Positions 9,901-21,100 of a DNA stretch of 64,000 nt are shown here, piece after piece (position 1 is the first letter of the stretch; every line of letters starts with the position of its first letter). The notes beneath the pieces are model-generated. The model did no database searches, was not told where the DNA came from, and saw only the letters and a list, made by a program, of their open reading frames with translations. Source of the DNA: a plasmid; the sequence record NZ_CP067021.1; one strand, written 5' to 3'. Both the position numbers and the translations under genes were made by a program.

Positions 9901-12900
9901 TCAATTGAGGCTCATAGTCCGTATCAACCATAAACAATTGAGGTGTTTCATCTTGTTGAGATGATTTGTTTAGCAACTTGTATTGGTGAACTTTAGGGTT
10001 GGAACCTACAAAATGCTCAGCATAAGCCTGTTTAACCGTATCTTGTAATGCTTTGACATGCTCAAGCATGACGGCATTGACTTCATTTAAAGCGGTTAAG
10101 GTTTTATATTTTTCTGCAAACGCCTCATTCACGGCGATCTGCTCTAACATAAATCTAGGCTGAATATCCTCAAGTTCTGGATTACCTACACGGTTTAATA
10201 CAACACTAAATTTGAGCTTATTAATAAATGGATCAGGTTCACCATTGATACCATTGCTAAAAAGTTCTTTAAGATCGCTTTTCTGAAGTTTAGAGTTCAC
10301 CAAATCAAACGGGTGAACTTCTTCAAATGCCTGAACATCAAAAACTTTGGTTAAGTTTTTAGGCATGATTGCTGTCTGGCCATCTACATGAGCGATAACA
10401 TAGGTGTACGCTGGAGAGATGTTGCTCAGAAGCTCAGTGACTTCACTCGGTTTTTTATCGTAGCTAAGATCCTCAAACTTTTCGTATGTTGCAGAATTAA
10501 GATTGCTGATGAAATCTAATTTAGAGTTGAAATTAGATGGATGATCAGAAATGTACTGGAACATCTTGTTTGGTAAAGACGTAAACACTTTATTGATTAA
10601 AGTTTGCTGACTGTCTTTAGCTTTGAAGAAGTTGAGATCTGACTCGTAATATTTTTCAAAAGTGAACTTAGCTGGAGGCATAAACGTCATGCTGTTGCGT
10701 GAAGTCGATAACTTAAACAAAGCATTCGCAGACGTTTTAACCGCATCTCTATCATTAAAGCCAGTAGCCTTATGCATATTGGCATCTAGGGAAACTGAAT
10801 GCCCAATAAACGGCGCATTTTTGTCTTTATGATTGTAGAGGCGTATATACTGAAGATCATTCTTTTGAAACACGGTGATAAACAAATCATGATCAGGGAT
10901 CTTGATTGCGCCGTGGTGATCTTCATAGTGCTTTACAGCATTTTCTAGCTGAGTGTTAAAGTATTCAGATTCACTATTGAACTGTACGTTCTCTTCTTCA
11001 GCTGATAGCGAAAAATATTTAACGTTATTCTGAAAAGCTACATTAGGTTTGAGAAGATCCTTAATCACCTCAAATTCTTTTTGTACTTCAACATCAAATT
11101 TGCCAAAAACTGTACGCTGATTAATATCAATCAGGTTCAGATAGTTGAATAGCTGAATGTTGTTGTAGTTGTGGTTCGGTAGGGCAGTTTTGTTTAACTG
11201 GAGCTTACCATCTTCTAACTGCATGCTTTGGACTTGCTTTAAGTCATCTGCAGTCAGCTCTACACCAAAGACTTTCTTAGTTTCTTGTTTGAGCTCTTTA
11301 TCTTCACCAGCAATCACTAAGGCAGCTATTTTTTGTGCCTTGTCATAATCGCCATCTTCTAGATATAGGGTTTTCTCAACAAAATACTTGGCAATGTTCG
11401 CATACGCTTGATTTGTTGCTTTGTAGCCATCGGTAGACAATGAAAAATGTTTGTTTTCATCAAATTCATTTGATTTAACGGTTTTAACTTTTAAATCGTC
11501 AATGTCACCCGTTGGTTTAATCTGAACATAGATTTCATCTGCAGCGAGATCCATATTCGAGACAAATAAGGTCGAATTTTTAGAATAAAACTGACGTTCG
11601 ATACTCGACAACAGATCCTTTGCATCTTTGCGGTCTTCTTCCATGTCAGACTGCATATCTTCAGCAATCGACTTGATGTTTTCGCCACGTTCATCCTTTG
11701 TGATAAATGACCAGTCTTGTTGCGGATATTTGGCTGTTAATGCCTTTTGGAAGCTTTGAACCTCAACAAAGCGATTGAACTGACGGTCCAGACTAAACCC
11801 ATCTGTATGTGATGAAGTTTTAGCAAAAATATCCTCAGGAACAGAATCAGATTTAGTCTTACGATTGAAGTTTTCACTTGCATTTGGCACCAATAAATTA
11901 CGGAATAAAATCTCATTTACACCGTTCTTTAAGAATGACGCACTTTTAGTTTGTGATAGAGATTGTTTTAAAAATGCTTCATCAAAGTTTGATTCATCAA
12001 GAAGCCGAGTAAACTCTTCAAAATACGCTGAAGCTAATTTATCGTTATTAGCAAGATCAGCCGTGCACAGATCGCTTAACTCTAAACGCTGTGCATCTTG
12101 CTCTAGCGATAACGGCGCAGAAAAATCACCAGCAACAAAATCATTGATATTTTGCTCAACATAACTGTTCGTGCGTGACATCAACATATCAACTGCAGTT
12201 TCATTATTCACAAATTCCTGAAGCTCAGGCGTGTTAATTGAAACCAATTGATTGTCGAATTGCTTAGACAGTAATTTGAACAGATCCGCTTTGTGTTGAT
12301 TGCTTTCTACTTCAGATTCAAAACCTACAAATTTGCCGTTTTCATCTTTAGCGTAGTAGAAGCTGTTTTTATTAAACAAAAAGGTATTTGTTGCAGACGT
12401 AATGCCAGATACCAAAGTTTCACTTTGCCATAAGACTTTTTTAACTTCATTGTACTGTTTTGAGATCTCAACATTGTGTGTGTCGATTTCGTCAGAGATC
12501 GCTTGAATATCATCTACGCTGAATCTTTTTGTTTGTGTAGCTGAGCGCACGACATCTTGAATTTCAGCATATTTCTGATTTAGATAATCACTATATTGCT
12601 TCTCAATTTGTTGAGCTTGTTCAGTAGCCTTAGGAATGACATAGACATCCAAAATCTGTCTAATTTCAAGCATAGACGGCGCGAAATCACGCACCTTGTC
12701 ATTGCCTCTTGCATCCAATAATTCTTCAGGAAACTTTAAGAGCTCTTTAAGTACGGCAACATCATCAATTTCTGGAGTAGGGAGGTCATTTGCAATGTTG
12801 AGTAGATCAGACTCAGTAATAGATGCCTTCTCAGTTGCCTCAAAATTAACATCAAGATTATTCAAGATCTCGTTAACATTTGATTCATTGAGTTGTTCTT

Positions 12901-14158
12901 CTAGTTTACGCTGTTTGATTTCAGCAGATTGGTGATCATAGAACGCATTAAACTTAGGAACGATGTTTACAGAGAATTCAGAGAACTCTTGGCTCAGATC
13001 GGCAAAGAAAACTTTACCTGTTGGCATCTGGCGTACCATTTGTTGTAAGACATCATGGCGAAGCATGGCAGCGTCATACACCATCTTATCTACAAGGCGT
13101 GTTTCAATACCTTGTTTAGACGCCATCCATGTGCCGTGTTCATCTTTATAAAAAGCTGGAATACCTTGTTTAGCTGATTCTAATAGCTTTGGATACGGCA
13201 ATTGCTGTTGATTAAACACACGGTCTATCACAACAAGATCAGAAGCTAATTTTTGTACATAAGCATCAACATCTTTAAAGCTCATGTTAAACATTCTGTT
13301 GCCACGGCCATGCTCAATCAGCTGATTAAAAGTGGACTCGTATTCATGAGCAAAATGCACCAGGTTAATATTGTCATTTAACCCCAATGCTTCATACGGA
13401 TCATGAGCAAAGATTTCAGGAATATGGCGCAAGTCATCAATAATCAGTAACGAACCATCTTTTTCGTAATTGACGGGTACTGCAAATGGAGACAACTTAA
13501 TTTTGGCTAGATTATCTAGACTTTCGCCACTGGCCATCGCCGATTCTTCATCTAGATAGACTTTAGAGAAGATATTTTCATAGCCATAATCTTGAAGACG
13601 ATTAAAAGGAATTTTTGAAGACTGAAATTGAGCCAAGTAGGATTTGTTCGATTCCTGAAGACTGGTTTTCAGCGTATCAAGGATATTAGATCCATTGTTT
13701 AGCTTACTGACATACACTTCAGGGAAAGCAGAAAGGCGTTCGGTCGCTGATGCGAAGTAACTTTTCCAGTTCGGAATGTTCTTCTTAAACGGTAGATTGG
13801 TGAGATAAATATCTTCTTGCTTAGTCGGTACTTTCATATCGTTGGTAAACGCTGGAAAGACCTTCTGAAGATCGTTTAGATCGATACCAGACTTTGCCGG
13901 GTTCTTATAGTAGTACGCATGAATACCATCATCATTTTGCACTTCATAAAAATGGGCATCCATTAACACTTGTTTAAATTGCTTAGAACTGTTTTGTTCA
14001 ATAGATTTTTTGAATTGCTCAAATTCATTAACAACAAGCATCGCCGTTTTTGGGCGAAAATTGTTGGCTGGCGATACTACAAGACGCGCACCAAGACCAG
14101 TTAAATTAGGCCATTTAACTTCATTCACTTTATAGTCTCCTACTTGGTCACATAGCAT
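6902..14158 (-). CDS. Giant multidomain (polyvalent-type) protein, 2418 aa, with C-terminal SprT/ArdC-C-like zincin metallopeptidase domain
   Basis: 7257-nt open frame. N-terminal KWPNLTGLGARLVVSP signature shared with the other giant ORFs. Near the C-terminus: KFGGAHKD, then LGVALASRG..AAHFE..NLTR..LAHEYGHALD (HExxH, DNA about 8105-8130), then a downstream TEMFAR motif. Confidence 0.85.
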   Translation of the reverse strand: MLCDQVGDYKVNEVKWPNLTGLGARLVVSPANNFRPKTAMLVVNEFEQFKKSIEQNSSKQFKQVLMDAHFYEVQNDDGIHAYYYKNPAKSGIDLNDLQKVFPAFTNDMKVPTKQEDIYLTNLPFKKNIPNWKSYFASATERLSAFPEVYVSKLNNGSNILDTLKTSLQESNKSYLAQFQSSKIPFNRLQDYGYENIFSKVYLDEESAMASGESLDNLAKIKLSPFAVPVNYEKDGSLLIIDDLRHIPEIFAHDPYEALGLNDNINLVHFAHEYESTFNQLIEHGRGNRMFNMSFKDVDAYVQKLASDLVVIDRVFNQQQLPYPKLLESAKQGIPAFYKDEHGTWMASKQGIETRLVDKMVYDAAMLRHDVLQQMVRQMPTGKVFFADLSQEFSEFSVNIVPKFNAFYDHQSAEIKQRKLEEQLNESNVNEILNNLDVNFEATEKASITESDLLNIANDLPTPEIDDVAVLKELLKFPEELLDARGNDKVRDFAPSMLEIRQILDVYVIPKATEQAQQIEKQYSDYLNQKYAEIQDVVRSATQTKRFSVDDIQAISDEIDTHNVEISKQYNEVKKVLWQSETLVSGITSATNTFLFNKNSFYYAKDENGKFVGFESEVESNQHKADLFKLLSKQFDNQLVSINTPELQEFVNNETAVDMLMSRTNSYVEQNINDFVAGDFSAPLSLEQDAQRLELSDLCTADLANNDKLASAYFEEFTRLLDESNFDEAFLKQSLSQTKSASFLKNGVNEILFRNLLVPNASENFNRKTKSDSVPEDIFAKTSSHTDGFSLDRQFNRFVEVQSFQKALTAKYPQQDWSFITKDERGENIKSIAEDMQSDMEEDRKDAKDLLSSIERQFYSKNSTLFVSNMDLAADEIYVQIKPTGDIDDLKVKTVKSNEFDENKHFSLSTDGYKATNQAYANIAKYFVEKTLYLEDGDYDKAQKIAALVIAGEDKELKQETKKVFGVELTADDLKQVQSMQLEDGKLQLNKTALPNHNYNNIQLFNYLNLIDINQRTVFGKFDVEVQKEFEVIKDLLKPNVAFQNNVKYFSLSAEEENVQFNSESEYFNTQLENAVKHYEDHHGAIKIPDHDLFITVFQKNDLQYIRLYNHKDKNAPFIGHSVSLDANMHKATGFNDRDAVKTSANALFKLSTSRNSMTFMPPAKFTFEKYYESDLNFFKAKDSQQTLINKVFTSLPNKMFQYISDHPSNFNSKLDFISNLNSATYEKFEDLSYDKKPSEVTELLSNISPAYTYVIAHVDGQTAIMPKNLTKVFDVQAFEEVHPFDLVNSKLQKSDLKELFSNGINGEPDPFINKLKFSVVLNRVGNPELEDIQPRFMLEQIAVNEAFAEKYKTLTALNEVNAVMLEHVKALQDTVKQAYAEHFVGSNPKVHQYKLLNKSSQQDETPQLFMVDTDYEPQLTAVLLRIPSHDYQYQLITGFDDVDQFSHEILNAIESKVNFGTTLEQLALSDLPEIQIKHKTDFENKQLASLHFQTLITNTLGALYDQTAHIKPYIKTENHKLFLAIKPSTDNEYASVKLFGDKADIHGDYKSLCVFPVKSMRSVEDVLQLQNRVFTDFTFIDQLVPKDKYVPVDVKVEPSDSPATYLGDVGAKFGGAHKDRYGEYISLEYISATSADQTATDYRKAKIVANKEFQAWYTNTPLGIDDKIFVKAMYDYCPTKPLFSKNALMLDSQRATELRAYVAVVSNIRNLMVDTQEELIHAVRNNKSLSAESLGMTDRQRKDYIGLYSKGTKNNYKNYFELLSNLNEYYIMPEHTGGISVQLEKIIEKTIDKELSEILSTGKIFDFYGKSKVTKDVSDAISNMQRTGLYSTVLEPYVLKSAIESGLVKAESAPIYVKDPVAPVIEATTEAVNTPKAPRLPSFTSEVKKLENGFVTEKVQSSIYGLLNYSRTGPDHRQGADVDSFKLKDDFSIRGVEVGNKVSPVAQQLVNAVYDSLADLKQLMGFKSNNGLLNLGVALASRGIKGSAAHFELSKNVVNLTRDSGSGSLAHEYGHALDAHLGMLEKAEVYKNHAQMNRSVLQDYYEDIPNFEIPGARHFLSNMLDAGYSPVTESGRAFEKLHRAMMNEPVQPMKNYGQVLYENAETAIKAYHTVADSMHDEVIKNKENYPNSTRKTLSSFFDWHQKHYEDLIRRQFEKIEEYLKKYEREYKADTNLSFFSTVQDKVDVIVSKINTDINAISFKSFERYQQKLNDMRQPEHHLPTTGLEEKITGVATAANVDLKTLSQNLSEYLIESSKYKFYNLVEKYMPEGVKNPHTLMQNFFDKSQDVEVNVGDIRFSDNLSRYKKDCLNIDSAENRATPYYATSTEMFARYFETYLYSKVSNENEMKNSFLIDGYPTVQPKGLEFEICRNLTEQLVETCVNEIFDQDLQNENTQKIIAEVSIEKENEADQLRLEM

Positions 14159-14340
14159 GATCCAAGACTTTAAAACGACTCTTACGAGTACTTATATGTG
14201 CTTATATTAAACTAAAAAATTAACTTTGAGGGAGGGTTTAGGCGTTATTCTTTAAAATAGTATATACCGAGTAAATAGCACTGTTTAAATACCTATCATT
14301 TTTAATAAAACCATCTAAAACCGTGCACTATTCTTTCTTT

Positions 14341-14367
14341 TTTTATAAATAAAAATGCCACCGTATA
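14341..14367 (-). terminator. Rho-independent terminator for the 225-aa gene
   Basis: Minus-strand ATGTCACC-tatac-GGTGGCAT stem (one GU wobble) followed by TTTTATTTAT. Confidence 0.45.
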
Positions 14368-14393
14368 GGTGACATCTTGCTTAAAGCTGATGG

Positions 14394-15053
14394 TTACATT
14401 TTAACAAATTCGTTTTTAGCGAGTTCGTCTGGTTGGGTGCCATCTTCTACACCTACAATAATTCCAGTACCACGAATAAAGTAGCCACTATTATTCGGAT
14501 ATTGGACCAAGGTAACATTATGCTCAAGGTTACTTTCTAAAAAGGTAGTGCCGTATCCCCAAAACTTATTTAATCCTTGCCATGGAGCATCCTTAATATA
14601 ATTGTTTTGGGCATATTGAATGGTGTATTGACCAATTGGAAGAGATATATTGACAGTTTGCTTTTTGGGTACCTGAACAACGGCTCGTAACCTTTTAGTG
14701 GCCTTATCTCGAATGATAAACACAGTATCAACATTTTGAGATTCCATTGAAACAGGACCAAAATGTTGTGTGTTTTCCATACTGGAAACATTAATCACTT
14801 CTTTTTTAAATGGCATGGCTGCACTATTGGCTACCATTTTTTGATGTTCAGCATAGTCTTTTGCCATTTGTAGACCGTTTTCAGGTTCATTCGGTTGGCC
14901 TGGATTGGCTGACTCTACTGATTGAGCTTGTTTCGATATTGCCCGTGTAGCACTTTGAGCAAAGAGATCGACCAATCCGAAATGATTAGCCACAGATATA
15001 ATTGCAACTGCTAGACCAAAACCAGCAAATTGCTTTGGAATTGCTATTGCCAT
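14394..15053 (-). CDS. Membrane-anchored protein (about 219 aa) lying between the two giant ORFs
   Basis: ORF with N-terminal hydrophobic helix (FAGFGLAVAIISVANHFGLV). Start chosen at the internal Met (15053) with AGGAGG 5 nt upstream; track start is 15071. Confidence 0.6.
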   Translation of the reverse strand: MAIAIPKQFAGFGLAVAIISVANHFGLVDLFAQSATRAISKQAQSVESANPGQPNEPENGLQMAKDYAEHQKMVANSAAMPFKKEVINVSSMENTQHFGPVSMESQNVDTVFIIRDKATKRLRAVVQVPKKQTVNISLPIGQYTIQYAQNNYIKDAPWQGLNKFWGYGTTFLESNLEHNVTLVQYPNNSGYFIRGTGIIVGVEDGTQPDELAKNEFVKM

Positions 15054-15136
15054 AGTGCCTCCTGATTCCATTTATAAGATTTAAATAAAAAAAAGATGCC
15101 ACCCACAGGGGATAGCATCCAAGATCTCAAAATTGC

Positions 15137-18100
15137 TTATAGTGCCAATTCAGGATCGCTATTCTTTTGTTTGCTTAATTCTGGATCTGCTTGTACTTCA
15201 ATGTTGGTCATGAGCTTAGTCCAATATTCATCGTATTCAGCTTGTGACATCTCATTAATGACTTCATTCCATTTAACTAGGTTCTCATGTTGATCTGTAC
15301 CCGGTTGGAAGAAGTGCATTGCATTTCTGACATACTGCTGATGATCAGCAAAACGCAGTTCAGCAATATTTTCCTGAATATAGTCCAGGCCTTTCACCGT
15401 AAATTCGCGAATCTCCTTCATGATTGCATCTTTTTCTATACCATGCGGTTGAGTTACAGAAGATGAACCACCTTCAGGACATGGGTAAACAAGCCAATCA
15501 TTACGCAAGTTCATTTCTGCTAAGGTCACTTGTAAGTACTGCTCACCACTACGGGCAAACATTTCATGTGCGGTCGTCCAATACGGCTTCTTAGCACTTG
15601 TTAAGCCCTCTAATACCATCGCATTTTTGTAGAAATCAGTTTTTAGCTGAGATTGATTAGTTGATGTTAAGCGATCGTTCGTCTGTAAGCTTAAAGAAAT
15701 TAACTTTAAGTGTTCATCTGACAATGGTTTAGGGCTGTTTTCTTTGATGAAGTCGAGTGCACATATCGCAAACTGACTACGCAACATTTGTCGATAATCA
15801 CGGAATACAACTGATCTAAAGACTGTACTGTTCGCTGCACCAAGTACTTGCGCTGCAAAGACACGATCATGATCAATTTCAGAACGAGATTGCGAGATAT
15901 ATTTGTTGAGCTCAGTCCGTGGGATTGGATACTCATTTTCAGACAAGAACTTATGCAAGCCTTGGGCAACGTGCATATAACGTCTATGTTGTATGGCGTC
16001 CTTTTGGAAAAGTTCAGGATCTTCATGACGATTAGCGAAGTTAATCAATGAAGATAGTTCAGTATGCAACTTGCCACGTTCCGCAATAAACGTATTAATT
16101 TTCTCTTTTATGCTGTCTCTATCTGGCGTAAACAAATCAACAATGTCAGGTTGATCTACCAATGTTTTATCCAAAATCGTTTTGATGCTGGTTTCATAAA
16201 ACTTGACTTGATTCTCAAGATTCGTGCGAAGTACTTCTATCGAGTCATCCTTTTTCATTGGCAAGTAATACATCGCTTGATTTACTTTGGCTGCAGCTTG
16301 CAACAAATCTTGGTTAATGTTGGCATACTTCTCAGACTTAATGTTATTCAATTCTGCAAAACGAGTTAGATAAGGCTGTACGTTTTCCATCATCATTTTT
16401 GGTTGATTGCGTGTCATCGCACTAAAAATGAGATGGTCATAGGCATGGAAAAATTCATGACCAAACGAGCCAAAACCTGAATTCTTGGTTAAGTTAATCA
16501 CACGGTTAGATGGCTCATAATGTGCCATCGCAGCGGAACGTCCACGCGAACCAAAAGCAACACCCAACATACCGTTAAAGCCAACAAATTTCGGATCTAT
16601 ATCAAGTGCCTTAGCAAGAGCGAAACAACCGTCATATGCGTTATTTAACGCGATTTGACGGTCGCTCTGGTTCAAGTACTCGCCAAACTCTACGGCTTTA
16701 AATCCAAAGGTCGCTTGCAAGGTATGTGCTGTAACATCTTGGCCATTACGTGAAGCAATGTTTTCCGTCACAACCACATCACTGAGCTTGAATGCCTTAC
16801 GCATAGTACGAGGCTTAGCATACTCTTTGAATAGGGCATCTAAGGTACTCGCCGTGTCATCTACAATGTGCGATACATTCTTTTCAGATAACGAGACTTC
16901 TTGAGTATCATCATTCTCTGCAGTTGCGTCTTTGGTTTTTTTAGCAGTTAACAGATCCATGACCTGTTCAGATAGACCAGCATCAGATCTGCTAAATAGC
17001 GTACTCGAATCTATAATGTTGCCACTTCTAAAAGTAACAGTCGCTTTTACTTTGTCTTGGAACGGTTTGGCATCAATCGCACTACGTATTTTTTTATAGA
17101 TAGAGTAGGTGCCTTTAACTGGCGGTAACTCTTTCCTTAAATGATGAAGTGCTTCAGTGAGCGTTTTACGTGCTTCACTACTATCGGTTTTCGCCAATTC
17201 AGAACTAATAATCATGTCAGTGGCAGCATATTCAGCATAGCTTTCTACCAATGAAAATAATGACCGATCTAATGATTTAAACGCCGTGAACAGATCTTTG
17301 TCTTCATTCAAACGAACGTATAAATCACATGCATTAGGAATAAATTCACGAACTGTTTTTGCTTCCATTAATGCATCACGCATACTTAAAACAGCGTCAT
17401 AGTATCCAGCACCTACTTTTTTAAACTGTTCTTCAGTGGCATTTTCAAGCGGATAACGTGGCTGATCATTCGTCATCTTACGTACAGCGTCAGTCAGCAA
17501 GTGAATGTAAATATCTCGACCAGCTTCTTTTGCTTGTAAAACCGATTCCTTTTTCCAAATTTTGTCACGCGTAATTAGGTTTTTGACTTGCAAAAGCGAC
17601 ATATCTTGAATCTGACTGAGCGATAAACGTGGACCATACAGATCCTTTTTCGCACCAGGCATTTTCATACCCGTATCTTCAATAAGTCCAACTTCAGAAC
17701 GTGGCTCAGTGGCTTTCGGTTTGGTTGTTTTTGGCTCTTTTGGTGCTTCAGCTTCAGGCTTACCCTCAGACTCAAACAGTGATGTTTGTTCTGGAGCAAC
17801 TGGCTCAGTCGGCTCTACAACTTCTACCGTTGTTTCCTGTACTTCTGGTTCAGTAGGCTTTTGAACTTCAGGCTCAGTTACGGTCGGTTCTTCAACCAAT
17901 GGTTCTTGGGCAACTTCTACAACAGGTGCGCTTTGAACCATATGTTCAGGTTTATATACTTGATCGCGAGACTTAAATAATTCTGCTTTTTTGAATGATT
18001 TTGCAAAATCAGTAATTAAGAAGTTCTTAGAGTTCGGGTGCTTTGGCGTAGGAAGAATTTTATAGCCTTGATCAACAAATTGCTGATGTTCGGCATTATT

Positions 18101-21100
18101 CACAATGGCCAGTTTTAACGGAGCTTGATCATCGGCAACTTTAATCGCGAGATCGAACCGGTCTTTAGATTCAAGTAGCTTTTCACCAAAGGCAAAATCA
18201 ATTTTATTGACCAATGTTGAAATATTAACAGCCACAATCTCATTAAGGCCTTTAACATCAATATTTTCAAAACTTGGTGATAATGGCACCTTGATTGTCT
18301 GCAGTATGTTTTCACGTAACCCAAGATCATTTAATACTTGGTCCACAAGATGCGCTTTTATCCCGTTTAACTGGAAGTCTTTAAACAATCCACCACGCTC
18401 GTTGAATTTAGCAAACTGCTCAACATTATCAAAAACCCGTAATTGATCATGCTGTAAAACTGGTGTGTCTTTATCAATGACAGAAATCACTAAATCAGCA
18501 CCGTCATTGGCCACAATAATTTTGGAGCCGTTTTCAAACGCTTGATCCATTTCTTTTTGATTGATGTAGTCGGTAAAGACGTTCATCAAATCAACATTGG
18601 TCATCACATCATTGCTTTTCACAAAATCGATTAGATCTTGTTTCGCCGTTGGATCGATGTATTGATTATCGGCATCACGTAAAGTTAATGCCTTGTAATC
18701 GTCCAACTCAGGGTTAAACAATACCTTTTCTTTAAGGTGTAGGTTTTCGATCGACTGGAAGATCTGATAGCGTTTTTCTAATGAGTCGATCAAGTACTGC
18801 ATTTGCTCTTGCGTACTTAAAACTGAATCATTGCTAAGCGTCAAAGCTTTAAACAGCGCCTTATCGTCTGCAGCTAAGTCATTCAGACTTGATTTAACGA
18901 TTAAGCGATCGGTAGACGGAATCTGTTCACCGCTGAAATATAAGTTAATCGCACCGTGCTTTTGTTCATCAGCTGGTGAAACCGTGAGATAAATATTTAT
19001 CTCAGGAAACTCAAACTCTTTAATGCGTTCAGGATTGGTGATAATGCTTAAAAGAGATCCCGTTTTTGTCTCGAGGGATTTATTTTTTAGTGCCGTCCAT
19101 TCTTCAATAGAACGATTTTCAAATGACTGCAGTAGGGCAGAATTGATTAAATCACGGTTGAGGTTAAATCCATTCTTGAGTGAGTCTGGAGTCGATTGTA
19201 ATGCTTCAAGCACAAGCCCATGTTTAAAGAGATTGCCAAAGTCATTTTCACTGTTAACATCGGTCTTTTCAAGTGGCAAGAAACTTGATGCATGCTCATA
19301 GACATTCTTAACTTCAATATCAAGCTTTAAGCCTTTTTCATATTTCGGTACCGCTTCCTTGGTCAAAATACGATTAAGAATTACATTCTTAAGGTCATCA
19401 TAGGTCAGCTTGTTTTCGCTGATCGGATTAGAGCTCAGGATATGTTCAAACGAAGAAGCACCATTAATCATAATGGTTTTTTGCTTTTGTAATGAACTAA
19501 CCTTTTGACCTAGATCCATCGGTAGTAAGCGAATGAAGTTCTGATCAGATGCTATCGTACTGCTATACACCGCCAAAGAACGTGCGCTAACTTCAGGCTC
19601 AACCATCAAAGCGTTACCTTCAGCTAGGTAGGTTTTTACCGCTTCTTCAGTCAACGTGACGACATTTTCAATTTTCGAGTCTTTTGGTGCCGTGACTTCA
19701 TTGTAGGTCGGTGTTAGATAACCTAGTGCCGTCAAAATATGCTTGTGCTCATTATTAATAATGGCAATAACCGCCTCAGATTTAGACTCTTCACCCACGG
19801 CATTTTGATAAAAGTCTTGTAGATAGCGCTTATACGCCATACTTACCGCGACCTTTTTATTTAAGGCAAAAAGCTGTTCTTGTGTATTTGAGTTGAAGTG
19901 GTCTTTATGTATCACCTTAGGCAGATAGTTTTGAAAGCTGTCTACCACATAGATTTCATCTTTTTCGAGTGTTTCTTTTAAAGACAAAACTTCATTGGTC
20001 GCAGCAAAAACAATCGCGTTGGCCAGTGCATTACCAGGATTCGTGCGTACACGTAATTCCTCATTTATCGCATGATTGAGTTGCGACCTAATATCAGGTA
20101 ATCGGTTAAGGATAGGGGAGTCAGGATTGTTGCCAATATTGCTACTCAGCTCAGAAAGCACATGAGCCACATCGATGCGCTTATTAAAACCCTTGTAGTT
20201 ACCGTCCTGTTCTAACAGGTTATAGAATCGCTCTAAGCTTTCATCTGATAAATATTGTGATGCAATGCTATGGGCATCACCATCACCAAGCGCCGTAAAT
20301 TGGCTATTAATACTATGCAGTTGTTGAAGAATACGAGGCATTTGCTGATGAAATGAAAAGTAGTTTTTACCTACATTTTCAGCACTGGTCGCAATCATGT
20401 CCTCAATACTGTTATCCAGCACTGATACAGCATTCGAGAACACCATATCGTTAAAATCTGGCATTGCAGATTCTTGAGATGGTGAATATCCCAAAATAGA
20501 ATATTCAAACTTTTCGACTGCAGATAACTCTTGATCTTGTTCATCATAATAATGAACCACATCAAACTGGTTAACAGCTTCATTCCAAAGCCCGTTCGGT
20601 TCTTCACCTAGATCAACGTTGAAATGATAAATGTCAATGTCATTTGAGGTGTGAGTAGCTTCAAACTCGTTCGCTTCATCCAATAGACGTTGCATTTCAT
20701 CTTGCAATTCATCATCGGTGACAACGCTTTGTAGGAAGTTATCAAGATCCGTGCCGTATTCTTCACGGTCTATCACTGAATCAAAAAAACTATCATAAAG
20801 ATTGTTCAGACGCGTAGAAGCAATGTTTAACTGACTTAATGCCAATTCCATTTCATAAGCTTGATCGTCATAGGCTTGCTGATCCAAAACATACGCATTT
20901 TCAGTAGCAACAGCGACTTGAATCGCAACCGCTTTTTCAATACGCTCACTGATGGTATGTGTTGCTTTCGCTTCAACAATGGCTTGACGTTCTTCTTTGA
21001 GCTTTGCAATTTTTTGTAGGTATTCTTGCTTAATTTTTCGCATTAAAGCGAGTTTAGTCAAAGAGTCCTTAATGACTGGTTCTGGAATGTTCGGCTTAAA